A stretch of DNA of 64,000 nucleotides from Hydrolagus affinis (GCA_012026655.1 JAAILG010001530.1:1-64000); one strand, 5' to 3'. Numbered from the stretch's first letter, positions 38,828 to 52,248 are shown. Numbers and translations: made by a program. Notes: generated by a model not told the origin, from the sequence alone.

Positions 38828-39250
38828 TAAAGGAGATGGATTGCCTAGAGGATGAACATCTCCAAGCAATAATTCTAGTTTATTTTTACTTGTGCTAAGT
38901 AAGGTTCAGCTTCTGACGGGTGACTGAACCAAGCCTGGATTGCCAAAAGAATTGTTCAGTGTTGCCAGTGCAATTCGCCATAATACACGTTGCAACTTTT
39001 GGATGTTTAGGCCCTGAATCAAATGCAGTACAGTATTATTATAATATTATAGTATATTACATATTATATGTTAGGAGGTATGATGGAAAATGACATTGGG
39101 GTTAACCTAACCTCTTTCCTACGCAGTTCCTATCAGAGCCATAGTCAGAGATTCTCTTACAGATATACTTCCCTGCATGTACCCAGCATTGGTTGAGAGT
39201 TGTCTATTATTATGCATTAGTTTGAAGCTGTTTCTGTGTTGCTTTTGCAG

Positions 39251-39364
39251 ATTGACTCCATGGAGCAGGAGCCACAGTCCCACGGCAGTGTGGCCTGGAT
39301 CGCTGACTCGAAGCAGGATTCCAAGAGGACGATCAGTACAAAGTATGAAACCACCATTTTCTGA
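39251..39364 (+). CDS. ANKS1A: ANKS1A last coding exon (IDSMEQEPQSHGSVAWIADSKQDSKRTISTKYETTIF*), ending in a class I PDZ-binding-type motif
   Basis: gcttttgcag acceptor; TGA at 39362-39364; TKYETTIF terminus is conserved in ANKS1A/ANKS1B. Confidence 0.95.
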   Translation: MDSMEQEPQSHGSVAWIADSKQDSKRTISTKYETTIF

Positions 39365-42300
39365 CTGCCGGGTTCTCCTGCTTCTACTCTGTGCCTTCGC
39401 ACTGTGAGCCTGTTCCACCTCCACTTCCTTTGGGGAACATATAAAGCTGCTTTCACCCTCTTTTTAGAGGGCACGTCACATTGAGTTTCCTGTACTGTAC
39501 TTTAACTCAACTACAGCTGCCTTCAGATACCCTGGCAATCTTTGAGCTACTTTAAATCCTGACAATAACTCTTACGAATCTTCTTCCTTTCCTGAACCTT
39601 GAGATCCTCTAACTTTCCAACACTGTGAGATCTTCCTTAATCCACCAATAAGACACTAGAATGGAAGGGGTCAGTGTGGTACACACTTAACACCTGGGCC
39701 AGTGGTTGCGTACTTCTACCAATGGAAATTAATATCCCTGTGACACACAACGTAACCATGTAACTTGATTCCTTCACATTTTTCACAGAGCAAGTCTCAT
39801 CCTCGGTGTCTGTAACCTGACTGGTAGGTTACAAGGTGTTTCGGCCAAATTGGCAAAATTAACACAAGTAACCCATTAGCATATTTTGATGTATTGACAC
39901 ACTTTTTAACACCCAAGAAAAACCCTTAAAGATATTAAATGATTTAAGGGCTGAGTAACCTCCAGCCATATTGACTGCGTTGTTTTGTACTTAAGGATGG
40001 GTCAGGCTTTAAGATTAAAGTGAAAAGGTTTTTAATAAGTTAATGAAGATGCTCGTGTTATCAGAGTGTGGATATAAAGGCAAGTGCACTAGTGACAGCT
40101 TTCAAAACATTTTCTAGGTTGGATCAGGGCCTCGGATTGCACTGTACTCTTGATTTGACCTATTAGCAAAAAACTGTTATTATATAGACCGAACCCTACA
40201 CAGGGCGTCAAGTACAACTGGATTCACAGTTTGTAGGAGTAGCTGTGATGCCAATGCATGCGATCTTTGATTTATACGTTCATTTATACTCTTTCAAAGC
40301 TGGTGCGAGAAGCTATTTAGATTGTTTAAATCTCACTATAATATGCTGTTCCTTCACGTTCTAGTTAGTTCGGAATGGCTTCCTGTTACAGTGAAGCCTT
40401 TTTTTTACTGTCTAAGTAAGACTGACAACAGCAATGTCTCTCACTTGCTTGAGGGGATAATAAATCAAATGAAACGATGGTTGGTTTTAAAATGAAAAGA
40501 ATGCTCTTCATTGTAAAATCAAAACCTTGTTCACTTGATACACTAGGTGTGGTGGATGGGAAGGTTTTAAAAGGAGACCGTTATTTGATAGCATTAGATA
40601 GCAGTCCACAGCCTCAATTTGCACAGCACTCTTGATTTCACCTACTAGCAAAAACTAACGCCTGTAATCCTATCTGAGTATCGTCATTTAGAGTTTTGTG
40701 CAGAACTGAACTGGCCTTTCTGAACCTGTGCTTATCTTGTGCAGTTAGCAGAAGATTTTCAAGGATCAAACCACAAAGTTTTGCCGAAACAAAGCTGTCT
40801 TCCACTGTCCAATCCACGGACAGCTCTTTAATACAGTGTTTCTTACAATGTTGGTCTATCCCTGGGTTTCCCCTGTACCCTGAGTGAATATTGTTGTGTT
40901 GTCTTGTAAAACATCCTAAAGCTATCTGCTGGTGCAACTAATGTTTTGTATATTCCGGCCCCTTCAATCTTGGAAGATTTGTGGGAATTGGACAGGGGAA
41001 GGTGGCCAGTCCCATAATGCTATTGAATTAACAGGTGACTGTCTCTGTGTATGTATTGTCATATTCCAATCAATCAACCTCCTTCCTGGTTTAAACATCT
41101 CCCTAAATACAATCATCTGTTTCAGAGTTTGTGTTTAGCACTATGGTCGGTTGAGTTGTTTCATTGGGATCCACAAGGATAATTGGTTTCCAGAACATTC
41201 TCAATATGGATGAGGTTCAGTGGCCTCATGGACTGTTCCATTTCCTCATATTTATCACCTGGATGTAGTGTCGATTCCTGTGAGATTATCCAAGTTTTTT
41301 GCCAAGAATCATGGAGACTGTTTGCTACAAGAGGCTCCACAATAGACTGTGGAGCCTGTCAGTTTCCCCTCCCCATTGCCACCTCTCTTCTCTTTCCCCA
41401 CCGTCTCATATTTTATTGCACAATATTTTGTGGACCTGGTACTTTGCAGTCAACCTGTGGACTGTCCTGCTGGTACTGAAAGGGTGTCCACATGAGTGAA
41501 TGGGGGGAAAGCCCTGTCACTCCACCCCTCAAATCTATCTACAGTGGCCTTTTAAGGCGAGCTGGGAAGGGAAAGCAGTAGGGAGGACCACAGCCACCCC
41601 CACCCCCACCCCCCCCCCCAGAAAAAAAGATCTGGCTAAACTTTGCCTTAAACTCAGTTCCATGTAGCACGAACAGTCTTCCACAGTCTCTCCCCCTTAC
41701 CTAACACCATCGTTAGATCTTTGGGGTAAATATCTGTTACTTCATGAAAGGAATTTGGAAACGCAATGCTTCCAACTCACCACTCGTGCCTAATTGTATC
41801 TCAATTCGGTTTTGAACATATGTTCCCTTCGAGCTACTTGGCCTCCTCATCTGAGCACTTTGACTGCCCAGCTTGCCATAGTGTTACTGAGAATCACACA
41901 CTGAACAAGGCCAGTCCCACCTCTCCCTTGTACTTAGTCCCCAGCCTGGATGACCTTTTGCAGAGTGTCATATTTTAGATTCATTTGAGATAGGAGATTG
42001 CCATCAATAAATTTGATCCCCTAAATCCAACAAATTTGTCACAGTTCCAATGTATTGATGCTGAATTCAGATCGTTACTTGGAATTCACAACCCCGTAAC
42101 TAGAGGTCAAAGATTTAGTAACGAAGTTGGCTGGTAGTATGTGTCCTTCGATGGCAATGTCTTGCAGGTCAAAGACTTTCACTAACGTGATGGTCATTCA
42201 ACTTATTTCCACAACTGCCCCCTGGCTCACCTTTGGAAACTACTGATATTTAAGGCAACCACTTAGGCAACCACTTTCACTAGAGAAAACAAGCCACATC

Positions 42301-45300
42301 TGCCCTGATTTGGTGGGTGCTGAGAATACAATCTTGGTCCTTCTAGATGGAATCTATTCCCTCCCTGGGACCCAAATTTGCGGCCTCTAGTTTTGTGTGA
42401 AGGATGTAAATGGAAGAATCAGGAGAGCAAATACGTACAGGGGGAGCGTTTGAAATTACAGCATCTTCTCTTTACTGCAGCCAGACCCCAGGGAGTGCAG
42501 TGTGTGTATCTCTTCAGTTGGAAGCCGTGTGTTCAAACTAGCCGAAGGGCAACAGATGAAGCGGTACTTATCTAGCACACTGGAACAGTGGGAAATGCAT
42601 GGGTAACACCTTAAGAGGCATCACTCCTGAGATCCATCATTCCCGAGATTATTTGTCATCTGGATTGATATAACACCAGTGCTGACCTCTCCAGAGATCT
42701 ATGGAGTAGGAAGTATGAGAGAGATCCTGTGAGGATAATATTGTCAGTGTTGTGAGGACTGCATGCAAGTCATTACTAATCTCAGAATGATTTTCCTTTA
42801 CAATCTGGACAGTATTTTATTTAAAATTGATTTGACTTTGCTTGCCACCTTGAGTGAACTGAAGAAGCATTGAGCTGTACAGTGTATTACAAGTGGAACA
42901 AAATCTACAATTCATTTATTGCAGTTGCAAATTTAAAACAAATTGCACTATCAGGTCAGACCCTGGCCAATATGTTAGCTTTTTATATCTGCTTTGTTTA
43001 AAAATATGGAGAATGATTCCAGTAACATATGTGACCCTGTGTTCAATGCTAACTGCACTCTGATCAATGAGTGAGTTTAAATGTACAAATCCAGTATGCA
43101 CTAACAGAGGTTGTGATGGGGGTTTATTGAGGTCAAGGTTAAATAAAATTCCTCTCAAAGCAACATTCACTGAAGACAACTTTGTTAGGAGAGGTATTTT
43201 AACCCTACCCTTCATTTTAGCATAATTGAAGAAACCTAGGGATGGTTTTAAGTCGATTAAGTAAGAATTTAATATAGTTTATGTAATATATTTCTAGCTT
43301 GTTTCAGAATTGAGCTCCCAAAGCATGCAGTAGTGAGGAAGCAATGCGTTGTTCTTTAGATGAGAGATTCAGTTGAGATAGTGTCTGGCAATTCGGTTGA
43401 GTCAATTCAAGTGGACTTTAAGAACCCGCAGCACTGTTTTAAAGAAGTACAGGACATTTGACCTTCGTCCTAGCCAGTGTATTGTCTCATCCAAAAAAGG
43501 CCCAACCGCGGCAGTCACTTTTCAACCCAACTCATTGTGTGAAACAATTTGTTCCCAATGGAAGAAGCTACAAATATTTCCTAACATTTAACTGATAATG
43601 AGAGGAGCTGAGGTTTATGAAATGTGATCACAAGGTGGTGTTTTTTGTCCGCTCCTATGTAGCCTGCGTTTGTGGCACTGTAATTTCAGATTGGCATGTT
43701 TGTACATAAAGGTTAAAATAAATCATTTGTTATAGAGGGAGTATTTCACAAGCTCTAGATGATGTTGTAAAGAATAGTAGTGTGCTGAAGTAACCATTCC
43801 ATTCAGAGGTAATGTCAATAGTAAAACTAGCATTTTGTTCTTACAGTTTATTATATCTTCAGAAATGTTTATGATATCTAATTATTGTATGTAAGAAGTG
43901 CCCTGTTAGATCAGTCTGCCAAAGAAAAGTTGATCTAAGCAGATCTCCCCAGTTTTTGCTGCTAAATGAAAGTGCGGAGTCTCGTTTCCGCCCCCAGAGA
44001 TCACTGAGTGAGCACTTAGGCTGCAGCAACTTAAGTGCATTAACGAGGACTGTTAGCAGTTGATGGGAAAGCACCATTTTCAATACAAATAGAATTTTTA
44101 AAGGTACAAATTCTCCCAGTCAGTAACTTCTGGATCAGGATAAGCAAAGCAATAATTAAAACTTCTCAGTTGCTGATGTGAAGTGGTTTGGATTGGTGGA
44201 ATCCATTAGCCAGACACTGATTTCAGAAGTCAGTGTTGTTTTAGGATAGTATAAAATGATTGAGCATTAAAATTATAGCCTGAATAACATTGAGTCTGCT
44301 TGAGTTCATCATTAGCACAATATTTTGCATTATAGCAAATGGAAGTTAACTTTATAAAACCGTAGAAAGCTTTGATCTTAAATGGGGAAGTCTTGATGCT
44401 GAGATTTGTGGGAGTCCAGCATTCCCACGATGAGAAATTCTCTGCTGCTTGTTTATTCTCTCTGTAGAAACACTTGTTGCTACAACTGTGTAGTGGAGTC
44501 TTGTCTTGTATGAATGAGTCCATTAGGTTTCGAGATTCACAACCCTAATCGTCAACTAAAGCTGCCTTGCTTTGCTGTGTGTACATTTTCAAAACTGATG
44601 CAAATCTGTACAGGCAGGGTAGACTGAGCCCCAGTTGAGCACATTATTTTATCTCCTAACCATCTCTTCTAGCTCGATACCTTTCCCTCCTTCTACCTGT
44701 TCACCCATCACTCCTGCTCTGCAGTCTGTTATTGCAGAATCCCTTAGTACAGAATCCCCACGGTGTCTAAACTTTGCTTTTCATTTACTTGTACTTTCCC
44801 AATAATGTGTTTGTAAAGTCAGGTGTTAGATTAGATCAGAAATGTTAACATGGTGACCTTACCTTGGCTTCTGCTTTTCGATTAGTCACTGGTATTTTCA
44901 TTCAATCTTTTGCTCTTCCCCCAACTATCATTACTGACAACACAGCAAGCCAACACAGCAAGCAAAATGCCACACTTTGTAATTGAAGATTTGAAGTGTT
45001 TCATTAGGAAAGAACACACCAGTAAAGAGGGTAGTGGTTACAATACTTGCCTTGACTGTCCTATCACTGCAGTTATTTTAGTGTGTAAGGTTTTCCACTT
45101 TGTAATTGAGTTATAATCGTGTAATATCAAAGGAGGAAAACCTAATAGGACTAAGGACTAGTCTCATTCTGCAGAAACATCCTGCCTGAAACTCACAGCC
45201 AAGAATTAGCTACAATAACTTAATGTGTTTTATAAAATAAATAATACATCTTCACTTAATCTTGTATTAAGTGAATATGTATTATTTAAATATCGTATTA

Positions 45301-48300
45301 TTAAAATATTGTCTCTATTTATATACAATCTTTTATTCAATTTCCATCCATACTTGAACTAGACCCTACATTTTTATAAAGTTTTACTATATTGTAACTG
45401 ACAAAGAACTAACTGGCTTTATATATGATGTAGCTGTGTATATATCACTCTTGTAAACTGCTCTGGGACATTACCTTGTGCTATATAAATGTAAGTTGTT
45501 GTTGTACCTTTACAAGCTTTCATTTAATACAGAAATTTGAAGCCATGTTTCACTGAACTACGTCAGTCAGATCCCTGTACAAATTTGTGTTGTTTTATCA
45601 ATTGCTACCTTACAATCTTTTAACACACAAAACAGTGAGGACTTTTATAACAATGCAGTTCACTGTTTACTTATGATTTTCACATTGGGAAAAAAATTCT
45701 AAATTAGGATTTTTAAAAAATATTGTCTATGTTGAAACTCTTGTGAAACGTTGAGGAGTTTAAATGGGTGTATTCTTCGCCAGTTTTTCCTCTTTCTTCT
45801 CCATTTTTCCCAATTAGAGTGTGGTTCCATGCCCTACACCATCTGCTAACCTGCCCAAGTGTCCGTTATGATGTGTGATTGTTGACACTGAGCAATGATA
45901 GACTATGAGATGGAGAGGAGGTTACTGTCAAAGCGTAGCCTTGTCATTAACTGAAGTTCACACAATTGTTTTACAGCGAGAGATGTCTTTCCCCTTAGGA
46001 GCTCAAAGGAACCCAGCCTAATTGTTGCATTGCAACAGCTGCCCTGGGTGAGATCAGTTAAATGAGCCCAAACACTTCAGGTTTTGATGCCTTTCACTGA
46101 GCGATCTGCACTTGTCTGCATTTCAAACCTGCCTTACTTTGGACAAAGATTAAGTAATATTGTTCATGGCATAATGCAGATTAACCACCAGCCAATTAGT
46201 GTGTCTGTTTGTCGGGGAAAGTCACTGATGTTTTATTGAGAGTGGACGAGATTGTTTTAATTCCTGACAATGTATCTTCACTTCATTGGTTTGATAGGAT
46301 TTCTCCCCCTTTCTAATTCTACTTCCTAATCTGCATTGGGAATTGAGTGAAAATCAGTGAGCTCCATAGGACAGCGTTAAATTGCTTGAAAGATCAGATC
46401 TCTCCAAAGGTGTTGGTTTTACCTTAGCTCATGTAAATTTCATTCTTTTTTTTGTCCTGCATCAGAAATCACCCTTTTTCATATCTGTGTGCATTTGTAG
46501 TTTTGAGTTTTAACATCACGTACATCTTTCTCTTTTCATTCCGTGTAGCTGAAACTCTGGGGTGAGTATACTAACTGGAAATGTGACACTGAGTATCCCA
46601 GATCTACGCAAGATTGAGTGCATTAAACCATCTGAGCAGCAGCATCATACACCTGGAACCTGGGAATGGGGAGTTCAGTTGGACAGCGGTGGTTTCTAGC
46701 AGGCTTCCACTTTCTTTGTTACAGCTCAACATAGGAGACATGTTTCAGGACTTAAAAGAAAAACCCAGGCCGAGCTTGGAAACTGCCAGGAAAAAAAACT
46801 GGGCTGTGACCAAAGAAGCGCCTGAATGAAGATCGGCATTAATTCGGCACTCTTAGTGGTCGTTAATCAAGTGGAGCGCCCATCGTTAACCTGTTCATTG
46901 CTGGGCTGTCGAGTGAATCCTGCCCAGAATTCCCAGGTGCTGCATCCAGAGTTTTGCAGCGCAAAGGAATGATACGGATTTCAGAGAGTCCAAAAGGAAT
47001 TTAAAAATATATATTTGATTGTTTTTGTCATTTTTTCATTTTATTTTTTCACCTCCTTCTTCACTCCCCCCCACCCACCTTCACCCTCCCTCCCCAAAAA
47101 GGAAGACAAGTTAACTTGATTTGGGATTTTTGAGGGCTCCATGGTTACTAACTCAGTAATGTTATTGAAGATGATGTATATGTTAGGTGTGTGTAATCTG
47201 AACCTTCTCTCTCAATTGGTGATCTTTCAAAATCATCATCTTAATCAGGGGCATCTGATTATTCTGTGATATTCGGTACATTTCTAGACTACTGTCACTA
47301 TTTATACTTGTATGAGACTGTAGGAACATAGTCTTCCATAGGTACTTAACACTGTTGACCTAACACTGTTGTGCTCTATAAGCGAGTGTATTGTCTTTAA
47401 CCTGTGTCGATTGGAGTGAAAAACGTACTAGCCTGCGGACAGCAAAATCTAGGGGTAACTTATCAGCTCCTGGCAAGATCTCCTAATGGGGCTTTTCTTC
47501 AGCCCGTGCCAGAGGTATTCCCAGGTGTTAAAGCAGAACACGGACAGATTGTGTTTGAATCTCTCTGTTTTGCAAAGGTGGGTTTAAGTGAGTTCAGTCA
47601 AGCTCAAGGTGACTGAGGTGTGATGCAGTTGATGGCCATTCTAATATAGAGGATTTAAAACCAATTACAAAATTCGAAACAATTGTTTAGGACAACAATA
47701 GCGAGGAAGCCGGATTCCTGTTGAAAGGATTTTCAATCTAATATTGGAACCATATTAAGGGAAGAGGATAATATACTATTCAGCACAATTGTATAAGTTA
47801 TAAAATTGTGAAACGCCCTCTCCTCGTCCATTGGTTTCAGACACGTACGTACATTAAATAATATGGATTGAAACCTCGGTCGTGCCTTTGACTCCCATCT
47901 GGGCAGCCCGTACCAGAGGTGAAATAACTCACTCCAAAGCCACACAGTGGCATGCACCCTGACTGACCAGCAACACTGAACTTCGGGCTGGTGGTCTTTC
48001 AGGCCTCCACCTCGTGGCCTGTCAGTCACAAGCTCCACATTGGTTTAGGGCGTCTTGCAGACGTTCAGTAGATGCCGTGCAATGTAATATAGCAAAATAA
48101 GTTGATATTATTCCAATACGCAAACCCATCCCGTGCAGTAGGACACACACATGTTCGAATTCAGAGCTAAATGAGTGAGTGTATCAAGGTTCTGTACAAA
48201 TAGCAGTAATTATTTTTTAAAATCTAATTTGTTTTTAATGAAAGTTGATCAATTTCTCCATTCTTCTCTCACCTCCCCCCCCACCCACCCCTGCCCCTCC

Positions 48301-48890
48301 CACCTCTTCCAACCCCCAACCTGTTGATCAGTGACAATAAGTTTCTAACCTTTTTTTGTAAAGATTTTTATTCTTTATGACGTCCTGGTTCTGTTTGGAT
48401 TAAAGGCAACGGTCTCAATAAGTGCACTAGTGGGCAGGCGGACGAGATATTTACCTTCGAGTTTGAGTCTTGATCCCGTCTCTGTTGTAAAGTGATGCTT
48501 TTTAAATATTTCTACTGTGGGAAAAGGGCTGTGAATGCTGTGTAGACACTAAGCAGAGCTTACTGGTGTATATCTTGTTCTCAATTTTAGATGAATCTGA
48601 TGGGTAGCGATGAATCTAATAATGTATTGCTGGGTGTTAATTTTTCAGTTCTGTGTTGCAGTACTTCAATGATGTATTTCTGTATATATATCTAATCGAG
48701 ACTCATGAGCGAGTGTTGCAACTGGACGTTTCATGGTACCAAACACTAGGATTTTTGTGCAAAAACTAGACTGACCTCACTACAAATAACAGATTGTAAA
48801 TATACCTGGGCTTCCAGTCTATGTTTCTGTGTTTTTTTTCATAATTTGTATAATTGGAAATCAATGAATAAAACGGAACCTGAGAAACCA
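39365..48890 (+). other. ANKS1A: Putative extended ANKS1A 3' UTR (~9.5 kb)
   Basis: Follows the stop codon; essentially lacks the SINE/L2 copies found every 1-2 kb elsewhere; several AATAAA hexamers; ends at a strong poly(A) cassette. Confidence 0.65.
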
Positions 48891-48905
48891 TTTGTGTGTG
48901 TTTCA
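48867..48905 (+). terminator. Distal polyadenylation signal
   Basis: AATAAA at 48867-48872, upstream TGTA and U-rich motifs, CA at 48889-48890, downstream GU-rich tttgtgtgtgtttc; repeats resume by ~49190. Confidence 0.7.
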
Positions 48906-49477
48906 TGCTAAATGTGCTGAACAGTTTCACTTTGCAATGATTTTCCTTGATTAACTGGGTTTCTGATCATTCTCAGTGTTTACTGCTTTGTGTTGGTTTC
49001 TTTTCACTGCAACAAACTGTAGGTGTTTCCAGTGGTGTCAACCGGCTATTGTCAATCCACTTGTTAAGATGATTACTTAGATACAGGGATACGTTTGTCA
49101 TTGTATGTAACTGAGATAACAAGTCTTGTAGGTCAGTCCAGATTGAACTTCCCCCAACAGCAGAGTAGACCAGTCTATTGAGAGTCCAGAGATAGTAATA
49201 ATCCTTGCATTTAATATAGCGTTTTTCACATCTTCTAGACGTCTCAAACCCAAAACATTGACTCATTTTCCTTTCTCTATGAATGCTGCCTGACCTGCTG
49301 AGTTTCCCCAGCAACTTCTGTTTTTGTTTCAGATTCCCAGCATCTGTAGTATTTTGTGTTTTGTTCTCAAAGATGATGATTGTTCTCCAGGAAAACAGTG
49401 ATCAGTAAGTCTAAGAGTAGCTGTTAGATATTGATGCTTACGATTGCTTGTAGGATTGAGGAGGAAGTCTATGACTA

Positions 49478-49577
49478 NNNNNNNNNNNNNNNNNNNNNNN
49501 NNNNNNNNNNNNNNNNNNNNNNNNNNNNNNNNNNNNNNNNNNNNNNNNNNNNNNNNNNNNNNNNNNNNNNNNNNNNN
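49478..49577. other. Assembly gap (100 N)
   Basis: Run of N; true size unknown. Confidence 1.
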
Positions 49578-49745
49578 AAACGAGACGGAGGGATTGAGGG
49601 ATAGAATTCCATAGGGTGGGAGCGGAGAAACTAAAGGCCCGGCCTCCGATGGTGGGGCGGTTCGGGCGGGGGGCTTGGAGCAGGCCGAGTCCTGCTGAGC
49701 GGAGGGTCCGGATGGGCTTGTAGGGGGAGAGTAGAGTGGTTAAAT
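49578..49745 (-). mobile_element. Well-preserved L2 ORF2 fragment next to the gap
   Basis: YKPIRTLRSAGLGLLQAPRPNRPTIGGRAFSFSAPTLWNSIPQSLR, CpG-rich. Confidence 0.9.
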
Positions 49746-50197
49746 AGACTAGTTCATGTCTCCTGTACTGTCTTTGATAAATTATTATTATCATAGGAAT
49801 GATCCTTCCTTCAGATGGGTTCAGCATGGATATGAATGGAGTCGTGCTTTCAGTGTACCTGTGGGAATAGGTTAAACTCGTGGCATCATTTTTGTAGGGT
49901 TGGGTATCCCTCTCTTCCCATTAAACTGGTTTCAAATAAAATCTTTTAACACTAAAATTGGCTTCACTGCCAAAAGGACAAAATATCTGTAGCAGGGAAA
50001 TAACTAGCAAGGTAGATGTACATATGGAATATTTGTATCTGTTGAGAGACAAGTCCAGAATACTGTTTAGTTCAGTGACCGAGATCGGGAATTAATCTTG
50101 TCTGGCTGAATGAGGACATGGTCAATAATGAAAACCACACTAACCAGAGTTGTAATTCCGTAAATTTCACTATTTTGCCCAATATTAAATAAAATTG

Positions 50198-50539
50198 GGA
50201 GTCCTGTAGGTTAGGCCACTCACCTCGCAAGAGAGAGGACCAGGTACAATTCCCTGGCAGTTTCTTTACTCCACAAGCCTCTGTTTACCCAGCAATAAGT
50301 AGGAACCTGGATGTTAGTTGATTTTGGCCTGCTTTTGAAGTATAATAATCCTTTCAAGAAAACTTTTAAAAGCAGAATTTGTTCACTCAATCCATGATTG
50401 TTGGTGGGACACGGTTGAGTACAATCAGCTGCCATATTTCATCCACAAAATATACTTTACAATTCACTTTACAGTATATTCTGTGAAGCGCTTTGAGGAC
50501 ATCTCGAAGATGTGATGAGACGCCATATCAAATGCAAGT
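50198..50539 (+). mobile_element. SINE family A, long variant
   Basis: gcctctgtttacccagcaataagtaggaacc block, body and tail. Confidence 0.85.
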
Positions 50540-50544
50540 ATTAG

Positions 50545-50995
50545 AACAACAACTTTGATTTATATAGCGCCCTCCACGCCAGACAGCGTCTCAGAGCGCT
50601 TCACAATAGCGGATCCTGGGGACCGAGCCAGGGGGAGGGGTAGAAAGGTGACCAAAGGCATGGTCGAAACAAAAAGGCTTTGGCCGTGACCTGAAAATGG
50701 GAAAGGAGGGGGCGAGACGAAGGGAGTGAGGAAGGGAGTTCCAGAGTCTCGAGGAGTTGTGGCTGAAGGTACGGCCGCCAACAGTGGAACGGAGGATTCG
50801 GGGGACGAGGAAGAGGCCAGACCCGGTGGAGCAAAGGCAACGGGAGCTGTTGTGAGGAGAAAGAAGGTCAGAGAGGTACGAGGGTGCAGATGAGTGGAGG
50901 GATTTGAAAACGAGTGAGGATGTTGAAATCGATCTGCTCCGAGACACGGATCCAGTGAAGTCTGGCCAGGACTGGGGTAATCGGGGAGCGAAGTT
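50545..50995 (-). mobile_element. L2-type LINE 3' fragment (family C)
   Basis: LRSTVGGRTFSHNSSRLWNSLPHSLR; close paralogue of 11160-11600. Confidence 0.9.
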
Positions 50996-51590
50996 TGAAA
51001 TTGGAATCTCAAACAGATAAAATCAATATTCCAAAGCAAAAATCGTTAACTGGTCCAATCTCCTGACGGATGCTTAAAATACAAATGAGGATTTACACAA
51101 GAAGAATAGGAAATAGTTCCTCATTAATAAATTATAAATTCATTTCTGTTGAATTTATACCGAACTTTCTACACAAGAGAAAGAGTCTGAGTCTGAAGCT
51201 TTCTTTACATCATTTAAAAAATAGTAATTCGCATCACGGTCTGTGTGTGTGGGGGAATTGCTGTGTTCAAATTAACTGGCTTCTTTGCCCTCAAGTACAC
51301 AATCACTGCTCTCTGCAAAGGCCTATGAAATCCTTGGAGACATTTCAGTGTTGACTATCAAATGCATTAGTGAGTTACAAAGAATTAAGGAGAAATACTA
51401 AGATTTAATACAGTTTACTAATCAGTGGCCGACAGCATCCACTTTGGGATACAAGTTTAGATACAAAGCCAGTTGTTTTGACTCAGTTTATAATTCTCTT
51501 TAACTTTACTGGCGATAGCAATTACCAATGCTTCAAAGTGATTCTTGAGGGATTGCTATAAAGTGAGGTAACTCTCTAAAGGATTTGTTG

Positions 51591-51977
51591 TAATAATAAT
51601 ACTTCCATTTGATATAGCGCCTTCTCATGTCTCCGTGAGGTCTCAAAGCTCTTGGTAGAATATACTGTAAAGTGAATTGACTGCATATTTTTTTGTGGGC
51701 AAAACTTAGTAGCCAAGTGCGCACAGCAGTGTCCAAGCAGTGGTTGGAGATTGAGTAACCACATCATGATTTTGATCATTATTACTTTTTTGCAAGGATC
51801 ATTACCCCCTGGAAAAGTGACTTGTCAATCCACTAACAACCAGGTTCCTACTTACTGCGAGGTAAACAGAGGCGTGTTGAGTAAGGAAACTCGACCAAGG
51901 TTTCACCTGCCCAGGATCCAAACCTAGGCCCTTTCGCTTGTGAGGCGAGTATCTCTAACCACTAAGATACAGACTCC
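51591..51977 (-). mobile_element. SINE family A, long variant
   Basis: ggttcctacttactgcgaggtaaacagaggc is the reverse complement of the extra block. Confidence 0.85.
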
Positions 51978-52219
51978 AAAAATCCATTGCAGGTGAATCC
52001 ACGGCAGCCAACTTGTGCAGTGATGTGTACGGCTAATTTGAAATCCCGACGAATAATTTGCCCACAGTCTCCGTCATCTTTCCAGATGTTCACATTAGCT
52101 AAGCAGGTTGGCAAAACTCCATTGTGAAACCCTGAAGGGCTGCCCCTTTTGCTCGATCAAGATGTCAATTGGAAGTTGTATCAAATCCTAATGTTTCTCC
52201 TTCCTGTGGTGAGTGTCTG

Positions 52220-52248
<29 letters not shown>
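52220..52248. repeat. (CT)n microsatellite
   Basis: Direct read. Other simple repeats: (ATG)n 2611-2633, (TG)n 24209-24229, (GACT)n 53812-53830, degenerate (TG)n 55350-55440 and 55668-55725, degenerate (CA)n 62583-62730. Confidence 0.9.

Noticed and set aside
4892-39364. ANKS1B (AIDA-1) as the gene identity
   Set aside because: [43 protein letters not shown] and [18 protein letters not shown] match ANKS1A rather than ANKS1B as I recall them
39362-39484. Stop-codon readthrough (UGA-C, 39 open codons) masking the PDZ motif
   Set aside because: The context is UGA-CUG, not the UGA-CUAG motif, and the extension length is compatible with chance
43940-44075. Degenerate inverted repeats in the UTR (also ~46770-46940)
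   Set aside because: Arms too short and mismatched to call a MITE or RNA structure by eye
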